Shown one piece after another: positions 1 through 14,072 of a stretch of 64,000 nt of DNA (the stretch's first letter is position 1; every line of letters starts with the position of its first letter). The notes under the pieces were generated by a model. The model saw nothing but the letters and a program-made list of their open reading frames with translations, was not told where the DNA came from and did not search any database. Source of the DNA: Piromyces finnis finn (lineage: Eukaryota; Fungi; Neocallimastigomycota); contig MCFH01000047.1 in NCBI GenBank assembly GCA_002104945.1, forward strand, positions 186,001 to 250,000, in the 5' to 3' direction. Both the position numbers and the translations under genes were made by a program.

Positions 1-759
1 GTCAATTAAAAATACAAATAAATAAAGTATTAAAATAAAAAAAAAGCATTATGGAAGAAAATATTAAAAAAAAAAACTAGAAATACAATGTTTTGATAAT
101 AAAAAATATTATGTATTATATTATAATTTATAATTGCAAAGTTTTTAAAAGTATTTAAATACAACTAGGTATATTATTGAAGATAGAGTATGGTATATTA
201 TTAAATGGTTTAATAAAATAGGATATTGTGCTAACAATTATATAGTATTGAAAAAGAAAAAAACAATTCTTTTGCAGAAACTATTTAATATGTTTTATAC
301 TTAATAGGATAAGATGGTTAAAATATAAAAAAGTTTGGTTGGAATTTATAATGTAAGTAAATGGAAATTATTATTTATTATTTGTATTATTTTAAAAAAA
401 ATAATTTGTATTAATGTAAGAAAAAATACCATAAAAAGTCATCTAAAAAGTTTTAAATTTTGTTACAACAGCATTATCTATTATAAGGAGTAGAAATTAA
501 TAGTTATATATCAATGATATGTTGATGATGTTCCATTATGAATGGGTAGTCGTTCCAGTTTCTACCCTGGTTGTTAAGACGTTTCTTTAACATAAGGCTT
601 CTGATTCACCGTATATCTATAGTGATTTTATCCACTAGTATTGCCCATGGATTAGGGTATATTCACAGGTAAGTATTGTTTGTTTCACCCCAATAGGGCA
701 CCTGAGAGAGGGTTGATATATCTGTGGGAGGATGAGGATGCTGAATAGTATATGGTCTT

Positions 760-1019
760 AAAGGAGGAACTGTTAAGGACTCGTCTCTGCTAGGCTTTTA
801 ACCTCGTCTTAGGGTATTGTGAGCTCCGACGCTGAAACCGGTATGGCAAAAGAACACAAAGTTGTGTTCTGTACACTATTATGTAAAAACACATGATAAA
901 ATTATGAGTGGGTACAGCAATGTACAATTATATACATTATAATATACATTCAATAAAAGGTTAGATTATTGTCATTTCAAATATTATATTATTTCTATAA
1001 TATATTAATTTTGTTTACA
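760..1019 (+). mobile_element. Probable 3' end of a degenerate LTR retrotransposon (polypurine tract + 3' LTR), Ty3/Gypsy-like
   Basis: Purine tract AAAGGAGGAA (760-769) sits just before TGTTAAGG (771). The segment ends in TTTACA (1019), giving TG...CA ends about 249 bp apart. It contains AATAAA (952) and a 9-bp inverted repeat AGAACACAA/TTGTGTTCT (861-880). Region 520-880 is visibly GC-richer than its flanks but full of stops. No second LTR or TSD is visible in the window. Confidence 0.45.
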
Positions 1020-2389
1020 TTCCTATTTTTATCATTTTTTCATTATTTTTTGAGAAAAAAGTACACTCCATCCTACCATTAAATATATTAAAAAAAATTA
1101 ATAATTAAAATATGAAAATATAATCATAATATATTATTAGTATTAAAATCAATTTAAAATTTAATATTACAAATAAATATAAAGACGAAACAAGATAAAA
1201 AAAAAAAAAGAACTATTTTCTTTGGTTTTTTTTTATAATAAAAGAAAAAAAAAAAAAGTATCGTTTTTATTATTTAAAATTTCGAAATATAAATTTTTTA
1301 CTTTATAATTTCAAAGTTTAGATTTCTTTTTTTTTTTATAAGAAAAAAGAAAGCAAGAAATAAAAATATATAAAGTATTTAGATATATACACATAAATAA
1401 TATTTAAAATCACAAGTAATATTAAACATTTATTTTATTATTTAAAAAAAAAAAATAAATTGAAATATATAATTTGATAAACAATACATTTATTAAAAAA
1501 AAATTGGTAATAATCTAAAATTATTTAAAAGAGTAAAATAATAAATTTTTAGTAAAATAAAAAATATTGTTAATGCTATTTTAAATTTGAAAAATAAACA
1601 AATAATATAAAGATATAAAAAAAAGAATTATAATAATTTTTCTCCGAAAAATAAAAAAATATTCATTAGGAATAATATCTATTAAATAAAAGTAAAACAA
1701 AACAAAACAAAACAAAAACAAGATAAATAAAGACAAAACAAAAAACAAAAATAAGATAAATAAAAACAATATACTTTGTGTTAAAAAACTTTTCATATAA
1801 TATTAAAAAAAATATGTACTTAAATTTTAATAAGAAATTCTTATATAAAAACTATAAAGATATAATATGATATATTAAATATTTAAATTTTTACATCAAA
1901 AAAGTATTATTTTATTGTTTTCAAAAGAACAATTTAGCTGTTCATTAAAAGAAATTGATTATTTTCATTTATAAAAAATTAATTTAATCTTTATGATATC
2001 TAAAGCATAAAAAAAATAAAAATATATATTTACAGTCATTAATATATTAAACATAATAGTGTTATTATAACCTTCACTAATATTAAATAAAAAATAATAA
2101 CAATACTATTAAAATAGTTTTTTTTTTCAAAGATAGTTTAATAATAGTAATAAAAAAGATATACCTTATTAGACTCTATGTCAATAATTTTATTTTATGC
2201 TTAAAAAATTATTTGTTTTCGATACTACTTTTATATAATTATTTATTTATATTTAAAAAGTTTAGAAAAATCATAAATATATAATATTAATTTATATTAT
2301 TGTATTTATTTATAATATTATATACCAATGTACAAACCGCATTTTTATTGTTATATAAATAGAATAATAAGATAAATAAATAATAATCA

Positions 2390-5300
2390 ATGAGTAATAA
2401 TAATGTTTCTGATGGGCCAATCCCATTCTTTTCTTCTTCTGAAAATTCAAATTTCTTAACTCCTAATATATCAGATAATACTACAACAACACCATCACAA
2501 TCATCAACACAACAACCTCAATCCCAAGCAATCACTAATCCTCCAAAACAATCTGTTCAGGATGTATCATCACTATTTGGTAATAATAAAGAAGATTCAT
2601 TTTTATCATCAATAAATTTACAAAACATGCAAACCCATACACCAAGTTCAAATAATTTATATTATAATCAAGGTAATAATAGGATAATATCTATATGTCT
2701 TTTTTTTTGTTTTTTTAAATTAACAAAAAAATAATAATTTCTGTTAATAGTTTTCAATTAAATAGTCATTTAAATTTTTAATACATAATTAAAATATTTT
2801 ATTTTTACTATGTGTAGCTAATAATGGATCAACAGCCTCTTTAAATCAACCATATAATAATTCATATATACCAAAAACAGAATCAACTCCACAAAGTATT
2901 CATTCTTCTACTTCCAATTTAACTACTTTTAATCAAACAAATAATACAATAGTTAGTAATTCAGAATATGTCAACAATACAAATTTATTAAATAAGTCAC
3001 CATATATATCATCACCTGAACCAAGTACTACCAATTATAATACATCTAGAACACCAACTCCATCTTATGCTCAAGGATTTTATGCAAATCAAGCAACCCA
3101 AGGAAGCCAAACAAATCTTAGTAATTATACAAAAAATTATGCAGCTACTGGCAGTAATTCTTCATTAAATTCTTTCCAAAATCCTCAAAAGACACAATCT
3201 TTTCCCCTTCCAAATTATTCAAATATGTATAACCAAGATCAAACAAAGACAACTACAAAAAATTACTCTACATATCAACCATCCTATTATAATAATAGTA
3301 ATAATAATAATAATAGTAATACATATTTATCATCGTCATCTAATAATAATACAGCTGCCACTGGATACACCAATACTCAAGTAGGTACTGGAAGTATCCC
3401 AACCACTGGATATACTACTAATACCCAAACTTCAACAACTGCAACTGGATATACTAATACTCAAACTACACCAGCTGCAGGAATCACTGCTACAGTTACC
3501 GGATATACTAATACTCAAAATACTGTAGGTACCACAACTACAGCTACTGGATACACTAATACTCAAACTACACCAGCAACAGCTACTGGAACTACAACTA
3601 CAGCTACAGGATACACTAATACTCAAACTACACCAGCAACAGCTACTGGAACTACAACTACAGCTACCGGATATACTAATACCCAAACTACACCAGCAGC
3701 AGCTACTGGAACTACAACTACAGCTACTGGATATACTAATACCCAAACTACACCAGCAGCAGCTACTGGAGCTACAACCACAGCTACCGGATATACTAAT
3801 ACTCAAACTACACCAGCAGCAGCTACTAGAGCTACAACCACAGCTACCGGATATACTAATACCCAAACTACACCAGCAGCAGCTACTGGAGCTACAACCA
3901 CAGCTACCGGATATACTAATACTCAAACTACACCAACTACTGGAACCACAGCTACTGGATATACTAATACTCAAACTACACCAACTACTGGAACCACAGC
4001 TACTGGATATACCCAAAATGGTACCACAGTTGCAACCGGATATACTAATACTCAAACTGATGGTACAAGATATGGAAATACTAAAGGAAATTCAACTTCT
4101 GGATATAATTCAACTACTGGTTATTCTACTACTAGTCAAATAAATTCAACGTCTAATGCTGTAAATACTTATGGTACCCAAAATAACTCAACTCCTTCAG
4201 GTTATACTGCATCACAGTCATCAACAAATACTGGTTATGCAACAAATTCATCTTTAACTACAAATTCTTATCAGTCTACTAGCACAAGTTATCAAACTAC
4301 TCAAACTAATCAAACTACTAGTACAGGTTATGCAATAAATTCCTCATACAGTCCATATTCTCAAGCAGCAACAACTAAAAATAATGGGTTATTAAATCCA
4401 TCTGCTTCATATAGTTCTTTGAATAATCTTGTCGCGTCAACAAATAATGTAGCTTCTACCAATAATGATACATCTTCATCATCAAAAGATACTACATCCA
4501 TGCTTAGTAAGACTAATGAGTTTACAAATTATGCTAATAATAGTTCATCCCAAATTAATTATTATAATGGTAATACTGCAGCTTTAAAGAATGATGTGTC
4601 TAATCCAGGAGCTCCATCAATTCGTTCAAATACTCCAGGAGCATCATCTATTAATGATTTAACCATGGATACTTCCAATAATCAAACAGGAAATAATTTC
4701 TATTCAAATACCTCACCAAATTCTGGTTCTTACATGAATTCCACTACTTCATTAAATGAAAAGGTTCAAGATTCCAATACTAACAAAACTCCAAGTCCTG
4801 GCATTCCTTCTATATATTACCAAAATAAGAATTCTCAAAGTTTTTATTCAAATGCAGCAACTAGCAATTCATCTCCATGTCTTAATTCCATGGGCACGGC
4901 TTATCCTGCATCAACAACCTCATCTGTAAGAAAAAATTCTTATAATGATGCTACTTCAGGAAAGCATGTTAAATCAAACTCTGTTATGTCACCAGGATCA
5001 ACCTATCAAAATTCTCTTTATGTTAATAATAATGGAAGTGTAGCAGATAATATTAGTTTTACAGGAAGTGTAGGTAGTAAGAATGAACCTTCTGTAAGTT
5101 CTTTATATTATCACGATGAAAACAATGGTAAATATAGAAGCCCAACAGCTCCACCAGCATCTGATAATACTGCCATTTTATCACCATCTTCAACTAATGC
5201 AAATATTGATCGTCCTCCATCCGTTCCCCCAAATTATGTATCCTATAATTATAGTAAAAGTACAACAACCACAACCACTTCTTCATGGAAACCAAATGCT

Positions 5301-7978
5301 ACATCAACTTTATCATATTCATCCTTTACTGCTCCTACTCCAACTACTTCTTCCTACACTAATAATATAACATATCCTACTTCAACCACACCAAATCCAT
5401 ATCAATCAGATGTAACTCCATATTCCAAATCGACAACACCAAACCTATATCAGCCAGATGTCACTACATATTCTAAGTCGACAACACCAAATCCATATCA
5501 AACGGATGGTTCAACCTATCCTACTTCTACTACACCAAATCCATACCAACCAGATGCTTCTCAGTATTACGGTAACACAAACAGTCAAAACTTTTATAGT
5601 TTAGACAATCAATCTCAAAGTGAAATTCATTCCTGCGATCCAATTGTTATGCATCAAAACTTAAGTCCAATAGTTTCTTTTGGTTTTGGTGGTAAATTAA
5701 TTGTTATGTTCCCAAAGGATCTTTCTGGTACTGGTTTTTCTAGTAATGTTGTTGGTCCAAATTCGGTTCATGTTAAACCAGTTTCAAGGTTTATTTATAA
5801 TAATGTAGTTGAAGACTACAAGAAACAAGATGGTCCAATTCTTGGTCAAAAGAAGAATAAAAAACAAGTATTAGAAATGCTAAATAAAAAAATCGAACAA
5901 ATAAAGAGTAAGGATACTCAGTACAACAATTATTCCACTTTTAATGCTTCTGATTCTGATGAAATATTAATCTTAAAGGTTATCCATTTATACATTGAAA
6001 ATGATGGTATACTCTATGGTCAAAACAGTAAACCAGAGGCAGTTCAAAATTTAAGAAAGCTTTTACTGGACAATACAACATCCACTAATACTAACCATAC
6101 TATGATCAATGGTTCAAGTGTAAATTCAAGTGAAATTGAAAACATTAAGAACTGTTTACTTCAAGGTGATAGACCAGGTGCTTGTAGGGTTGCTGTTAAT
6201 AATAAATTATGGGCACATGCTTTAATCATTTCCAGTTATATTAATAAAGAAACCTATAAAGATGTTGTAAATTCATTTATAAAAAGTGAACTTCAAGGAG
6301 AGAATGAAAGTCAAAAGAGTTCCTTCCAGAGTATTAAGGTTTTATATAGTTTATTTGCTGGTATGGGAAAAGATGCAATTGGTAATACTTCTTCTTCCAC
6401 TATGCCTTTAGCAAATCCAATGGCAAATCAATCGGTATCACCATTAATACCACCAACCGCTGTTGCATCTACTACTGTATCTACTTCCTCAAACACAGAT
6501 GTTGTAAATAATTGGAAAGAAATACTTGGTATGATTCTTTCTAACCGTACACCAAATGATGTAAGTGCTATTGTCAGTCTTGGTGATGCTCTCTTAAGTA
6601 GTAATAAACTTTTTGCAGCTCATTTATGCTATCTTTTTTCACCTTCATCAATCTCTGGATTGAATGGTAAGACCACTAAAGCCGTATTATTAGGTGCTGA
6701 TCATTATAAAAATAGATATTTCTATAAAGACATGAATGCTTTCCACGTGACCGAATTTTTAGAATATATGTACTATATGGCAAATAAGAATATGAGTACT
6801 ATGCCTCATTTCCAAGCCTATAAATTAATATATGCTAACTGGCTTGCTGATATTGGTTTAGTTTCTGTAGCTTTCAACTACGCTCAAAGCATTATGCAAA
6901 TTATAAAGAGTGGCACCACAAATAATAGCAATGGTTCAACTTCTACTTCTGTATTCTATAATCAAACTTTATTTGAAAATTTGAAAGAATTTACTAATCG
7001 TTGTCAAAGCAACCTTAGTGGTACTAAAAATGCACCAAAGGATGGTTGGTTTAGTAAGATTACAAAATTTGATACTTTCTTGGAAGCTTTTGATCATGGA
7101 TTAAATAAATTTATTGGTACTACTGAAAGTGAGACTACACCAAATCACTCCAATGCTGGTTCTTCACAATCCGTAAAAACTGCCAATCCAGTAGCAATGA
7201 TGCCACCTTCCACTTATAATAATACAACAGCCATTAATAATTTAAAGAATTCTGCAAGTAATCAAAATTTAAGTCAATCCTACTATAAGAATTCTTATTC
7301 TACTGATCATGTAGATACTCCTCAAAGTAGTAGAAAGAATTCTTTTTCAAAGGATAATCAAAAGGGTGTCTTTTCATTAATCGGTAATTTATTCAATAAA
7401 GGTTCAAATGTTTCCACCACCAATAATTCATCTACAAATTCATTAAATAATCAAGAGGAATCCAATAAGAATGGTTACTATGATTCAATAACTAAGCAAT
7501 GGGTAACCACAAATACTCAAGGTAATGATAAATTTGGTAATGATATCACTGTACCACCACCAGCGGCTTCTGACTTTTATGGTCAAGGTTATAGTACTGG
7601 TATGAATAGCACTGCTTCGTCTGGTACGTTAAGCAGTGGTGTTATTCCACAATTTAATGCTATGGGAACCACTGCAGGTATAACTAATCCTAGAAGAAAT
7701 AATAGAACCAAATATAATGACCCAACATTAAGTATGGCTTATTCTAATAGTACTATTATGAATCAAGGTAAATAAATTATTTATAAGGATAATAGTATTA
7801 TTTTCATAAGATACTTATTTTTAAAAAAAATTGTTTTAAAATTTTTTTTTTTTTTTTTTTAATAGCTTCTCAAAACAGTACCACAGTACCACCACCACCA
7901 TTATATTCTAATACAAATACCACTATGGATAATCAAAATAATTCTACCTATAATGGCTATAATTATTATGGTAATTAA
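2390..7978 (+). CDS. SEC16: COPII coat assembly scaffold Sec16 (about 1780 aa, 3 exons)
   Basis: Exons 2390-2672, 2818-7767 and 7866-7978, with phase-1 GT/AG joins that keep frame. Motifs: PIVSFGFGGKL (Sec16 mid region); LLQGD..ACRVA...LWAHALIISS, NWKEILGMILSNRT, LGDALL, AAHLCYL, LGADH, TEFLEY, PHFQAYKLIYA.WLADIG (ACE1/Sec16_C); C-terminal YYDSITKQWV. Long low-complexity N-terminus. Confidence 0.93.
3531..4050 (+). repeat. Coding minisatellite in SEC16: 60-bp (20-aa) units TTTTATGYTNTQTTPAAATG, then 48-bp units
   Basis: Lines 3541-3901 all start with cagctac, showing a 60-nt period for about 7 copies. These are followed by 16-aa units ATGYTNTQTTPTTGTT. Confidence 0.95.
5373..5564 (+). repeat. 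Second coding repeat in SEC16: four 48-bp (16-aa) units Y(P/S)(T/K)STTPNPYQxDxxx
   Basis: Translation YPTSTTPNPYQSDVTP / YSKSTTPNLYQPDVTT / YSKSTTPNPYQTDGST / YPTSTTPNPYQPDASQ. Confidence 0.9.
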
Positions 7979-8409
7979 TAAAATCAAAGATAAAATCTTT
8001 TTATACAGCAACTTTTTTTTTTTTAGAAAGGAAATCTACCTAAATAAAAAAAAAAAAAAAAAACAAAAAGAAAAATAAAAGAAAATGTTTTTCTTCTTCT
8101 TTGAAAGAAAATAAAACAAAAGTACATATGTTAAAATAAGCTATTCATCAAGATAAAAGCCATTAATAATTGAAAAAAAAAAAATATAAAACTCTATAAA
8201 TAAATATAAATAATATAAATCATAATAAGTAATATAAAGCATCATATAAATAATAATAATTTACATAAAAGTAAAAATTAAAAAACTAATATTTCCATAG
8301 AAAAGATAAAAATACTACACTACAAATTAATACAAATCATTATAATCCTTTTAATCGTTAGTATCTTAATCGTCATTTTAATTCCTATAATCATAATACT
8401 TTAAATATC

Positions 8410-8410
<1 letters not shown>

Positions 8411-8460
<50 letters not shown>
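8411..8460. repeat. (AAT)n microsatellite
   Basis: Perfect AAT run of about 16 units. Confidence 0.95.
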
Positions 8461-8923
8461 TTAAATAAAGTGAAAAGAAGGGAAAATTTTTTAATCCATA
8501 ATACTATGTGATAATAAAATAAAAACAGAAAAAACAACAACAACAAAAAAAAAAAAACAATAATCTCTAAAAAAAAAAAAAAAGATATTATTGTTAATAA
8601 TTAATAAAATGTATTAAAATTCTAATAATATCTATTTCCACATTTTTTATTTCATTTCATTTTAATTTTAATTTCTGTGTTTTTTAATTTTTTGTATAAA
8701 TTATCAAAAGATGAATTGTAAGAAAAATAAAAATAAAAAAGTCTAATCATTGAATTAGCAATAAAAGAAAATTCCATACTAATAAATAATTGTTTTAATG
8801 ATAAGAAATAATAAAGTTTTTAACACACAATTCCAAAAAAAAAAAAAAAAGTCAAAATAGATATATTTAATATTATTATTTTTATTATTTTATATTTTAA
8901 AATCTTTTTTTTTTTTTTTTATT

Positions 8924-8960
<37 letters not shown>

Positions 8961-9055
8961 TATTATTGTAGAGGAGAGAAGGGAAAAAAAAAAAAAAGTA
9001 GATTTGATTTGAATTGGTATTACATTAATATTAAATTTTTAAAAACTTTCAAGGA

Positions 9056-11992
9056 TTAAAGGTAGGGTGGTCTGTATTTATAGGTTGTTGCAAATTCAGT
9101 TACTCTATTAAATATAAAATATAATGAGGGTTTTTAAAATTATATATATATATATAAATCGATTAAAAAAAAAAAATTAGCGTGTTATTATCATTAATAT
9201 ATAATCTATATTTAAAAAAAAGTTTATTATAACAATATTCTATAGGCTATGATAGAAATAATATAAATATATATATATATAAAAAGCTTTACTGTTTTGG
9301 TATTTCACTTAAAGTTTCAGCAGCAAGGAGAGTTGGATTATTAATATAGTTACTAAATTTATTTTAAATAGTATATATGGTATGGTGATGATTATTAGTA
9401 AATTTAATAACCTCATCAAAAATTCATAACATTTTATATATATATATAACTTAAAAATTTTTATAATAATTGTCAAAAAAAAAAAAAAAAAAACTTACGC
9501 TAATGGTACAAATTGAACAATATCTCTTTTAGAATATTTATTTTGACTTCTTAATACTTCACCATCACCATCAAGTTCATTCATTTGATCAAAATTTGCT
9601 CTTCCAACACCAATAATAATAATTGATAATGGAGCATCAGAGGCATCAATAATAGCTTCTTTGGTTTTACTCATATCAGAAATAATACCATCAGTAATAA
9701 TAGTTAAAATATGGTATCTTGGTAATGGATTATTTTGATATGGTGGTGGTAAACCATTTCTAGCTTGTGCAGTAATATTTTTAATAATTGGTGAGAAATT
9801 AGTTGGTCCATCTTTTTTTTTTTTTTTTTTTGTTTCATTTTTATTGTCATTATTCCATAATATATATTTAATAATTATTAAAATAGATAAATAATAGTAA
9901 TAAAAAAAAAAATTTTTATATATCATTAGTTTGAAGATTTATTAAAATTATTAGAAAAATATAGTAAAAAATAAAAAAAAAAAAAAAAAAAACTTACATA
10001 ATACGACAGTTTGTAAGGTATTATAGTATGCTGTTAATATACCAGCAACACCATAGACAGATGGATTATCTGGGTCACCTGTTAATGGACACTCAAATTC
10101 AACATATTTTCTATTAAAGAATTCCCCACCATACCCATAAACTTCCATGGTCTTTGTAGAATCATATGGTTCAAGAACATAACCAATGGAAGAAATTGCT
10201 TTTTGATATTCATTTAAGGTAAAGAAATTGTTTGGATCATAATTTGGTGAATTGTAGTGAAGAGAGGAAGGGTCGTTTTTATTACCTACAATAATTAAAG
10301 TAAATAAAAATTTTATTATATATTTTTAAATAATATTATTCATTTATATATATATATATATATTATTATTATTATTATTATTAAATTACCATTACTGCTG
10401 GTAAAATCAACAGAAAAACTAACTGCTATTTCTGTACCGCCCATAGGGAAATCCATAAAGGAGTAATTTTTAATTCTATTTATTTTATCAAAGGTAATGA
10501 CACCGGAATTGGTATATTTCTTTCCCTTTTTAGCTTTCTTTTTATCATTTATTACTTCAAATTGGGCACCACTTTCAAAAATCATTCTTGAGGATGCCAT
10601 AAATACACCAATTAAATCATTGTCAGAATTTCTATCCCAATCGTATACTGTTTAATGTTAAGAAAATTTTATTATTTAAATAGAGAAAAGAAAAAAAAAA
10701 ATAAAAGTTTTTATTATTATTTTTATTACTTCTCTTCTTCTTCTTCTTCTTCTTCTTATTGTTGTTATAATTATTTAAAAAATTTAAAAGCATCAATATT
10801 TATTTAATAAATATTACCTTCCCATAAAAGCATTCTGTCTGGTTCACCGTTATTAAGAGTTACTTCTGGGATTTTGATACCTTTCCATTTTGGATTTAAG
10901 GTATTTTTTATAACTGGTGTTTCAAAAACTTTATTATATGTACCATTATCTTCAATTCTTGAAATGATAATAAATGGATCACTCTTACCAAAAGTATCCT
11001 TTTATTTTTTTTTTTTTTTGAAACGAAAATATTAACAATAACAAATAATAATTATATAAAAAAATAATTATTATATTTAATGAATTATATACATATATTA
11101 TTATTATTGAAATAAAAAAAAAAAAATAAAAAAAAATTTTAGTTTTTAGTCTTATTTCATTTTTTTTTTTTTTTTATAAAAAATAAAAAGAAAAATATTA
11201 TTAATTTTATTATCTATCTTATATTATATTACCTTTTTATCAAGATTTTTACCAGAAATATCCATTTCAAATACGTATTGAGAATCAATAACTTCACGGA
11301 TTGTAATCTTAATTTTTGGTTTTTTTGGTGAAACTCTGGTTTTTGAGTTATCAAGTTTTATTCCTTCTGGAACAGTATATAACAAATCACAGGTACAAAC
11401 ATTATTTTCACTGCTACTAATTAAATCACCAAGTGCTCTTTCACAATAACCAATATAATCATTTTTAGACCATTCGTCGGAATCACTATCCATATCAAAA
11501 ACTAAAAATCTTAGATTTTGTATCTTTTTATATTGTTATCATATAAATAAATAAGTATATAAATAAATATACATATATAGTAAACATATAAATATATATA
11601 TATATATAAAGAAAATATTAAATTTAAATATTGAATATAAATATATAAATAAATATATAAATATACATAAAAATAATTATATAAAAAAGATAAATATATT
11701 TTTTACATACCATTTCAAAGTAGTAATCAATGTAAAAGGCCTTGACAAATTCTGGATTATCATTATTTTTTATTCTTTCAGTAGAATCAATTTTTTCCCA
11801 GACAGAAGTACTTGTATTATTATCATAATATTTCTTTTCAAGGAAAATAAAGACTTTTGGGTCACTTTTTGAAAAAGTATCAAAATTTGGTAAGTCTACA
11901 CAGGAAATTTTAATTTCTACTTTTGAAGATAAACTTTTAGCGTTATCGTAAGAAGAATATTTATAATAATTTGAAGGTGGAACAACACTCAT
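9056..11992 (-). CDS. Copine (C2A-C2B-vWA), paralog A, 573 aa, 8 exons
   Basis: Exons 11992-11711, 11523-11233, 10998-10818, 10647-10390, 10285-9998, 9811-9499, 9352-9293 and 9104-9056 sum to 1722 nt with an open frame. Motifs: C2A DLPNFDTFSKSDP / FDMDSD; C2B NLDKKDTFGKSDP / YDWDRN; vWA VDFTSSNG, SLHY, YGPTNFSP, IITDG, PLSIIIIGVG, RDIVQFVP, ETLSEIPKQ. Confidence 0.93.
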
Positions 11993-12377
11993 TTTAATTT
12001 TTTTTTTTTTTTTTTATTGTTATTACTTATATTTGAAATAATAATAGGTGTGTGATATTAATTAGTTTTTTATTTATTTATTTTTAAATTATTGCTTTTG
12101 TTTTTTTGAAAGAAATCATATACACATTTCAATATTTAAATTAAAAGAAATATAAAATTAGTATAATAATAGCTTTAAAGAAAATAATATATTTTATTTA
12201 TTTATCTAATTCTATCTATCTATATTATTATTATTATTATTATTATTATTCAATTGATATTTTGTAAATAAATACTCTACCTTGTTATTTGAATAATATA
12301 ATTTATTTTATATTTTGTTATTAGTATTGAAATTATTTTAAATAGTAATAAGTTTTTTTTTGTTTTTTTTTTAATTC

Positions 12378-12419
<42 letters not shown>

Positions 12420-13099
12420 TATAAATTATGTTTTATAACTAAATATTTTTAAAAGAAATTAAAAAAAAGGTATTTCGTTTTTTAAAGTCTTTTTATATAT
12501 ATATATATAAAAAAAAAGAACTTTAAAATATTAAAAAAATTATTAATATAATTAATATATTAAAATTTATTTTTTAATATATAAAATTATATTAATATTT
12601 AATTATTACATTTAAATGTCATACACTTTAAATTATTTTTAAGAAACTTCTTAAAAACTAATTTATTAAAATAGCATTCATCCCATTAGTCACATTACCC
12701 AAAAAATAGAATTAAAAAAGGTTTCTTTTTTCTTTCTTTCTTTTATAGAACATTTAGAATACTGGTATAGTTGTTATTGATGCTTAATATTAAATGATCT
12801 TTTTTTTTTTTTTTTTTATAATATTAATATATTGAAAAAAAAAATAAATAGCTGAATAAATAAAAAATAAAATCAAATGACAAATATCTACAACTATTAT
12901 TACTAAACTTAATATCACCACTACCACTATTGCCTTAAAAATATTATAATGGATATGAATATAATAAAAGTAAGAGTTTAATTTTTTTAATAAACGTCCA
13001 AGTGATAAATAATAATTAAAATCACAAGGATTAAGAATAGACAAATTTTAGTATATGAAAAAAAAAAATAATAAATAAATATATATATATAAATAATTG

Positions 13100-13110
13100 A
13101 AAACTTTTTA

Positions 13111-13162
<52 letters not shown>
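13100..13162. repeat. (ATT)n microsatellite
   Basis: Perfect ATT run between the two copine genes. Confidence 0.9.
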
Positions 13163-13217
13163 TTTAATGATTTACAACATCGTCTATTATATGTGTTATT
13201 TTTTTTTTTTTTTACTT

Positions 13218-14013
13218 TTATGCTAGATATGGCTTATACTTGTATAATCTAGCAAACTCAGTTACTCTATTAAATATTATTTCATTAAATAATTTATAAT
13301 GTTTAGAATTAGTATATAAAAACAGAGCATTTTGAATAATTATATAATAATTATATATTTTTAATGGTAAAGCTTCATAATAACAAAACTTACTGTTTTG
13401 GAATTTCGGCTAAGGTTTCACATGCTAATAATGATGGATTGCTTATATAATTACTATATTTTATGAGTTAAATTTTTTGTTAATAGATTAATACTCCATC
13501 ATCATGAAATATTAAAAATTTATTAATACGAAAAATAAAAAGCAACAATAACTTACGATAATGGAACAAATTGAACAATATCTCTTTCGGCATATTTATT
13601 ATTAATATGTAAACGATCATCATCACCATCAAGTTCAACCATTGAATCAAAGTTACCATTACCTACTCCAATAATAATAATTGAAAGTGGTGCATCACAT
13701 GCATCAATAATAGCTCTTTTGGTACATTCCATATCACTAATTTCACCATCAGTAATAATAGTTAATATATGATATCTTTGTAATGGTGCATTTTGATATT
13801 TTGGTGGTAATCCGATTCTAGCCCTTTCTGTAATTTTTTTTATAATCGGAGCAAAATTTGTTGGTCCCCCTTAATATATTTTTTTTAAAGGAAAATAATA
13901 TTATTATTTTGAATTATGTAATGAATAGTTTTTTTTTTTTTTTTTAAATAATTATAAAAAGAAATATATTAGTAAATTGAATAATTAAAAAATACATATT
14001 TATAAAGTACAAA

Positions 14014-14072
<59 letters not shown>

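Noticed and set aside
3432-4055. 207-aa Cys/Ser-rich minus-strand ORF resembling a metallothionein or keratin-associated protein
   Set aside because: It is the antisense reading of the SEC16 Thr-rich repeat and has no independent gene signals.
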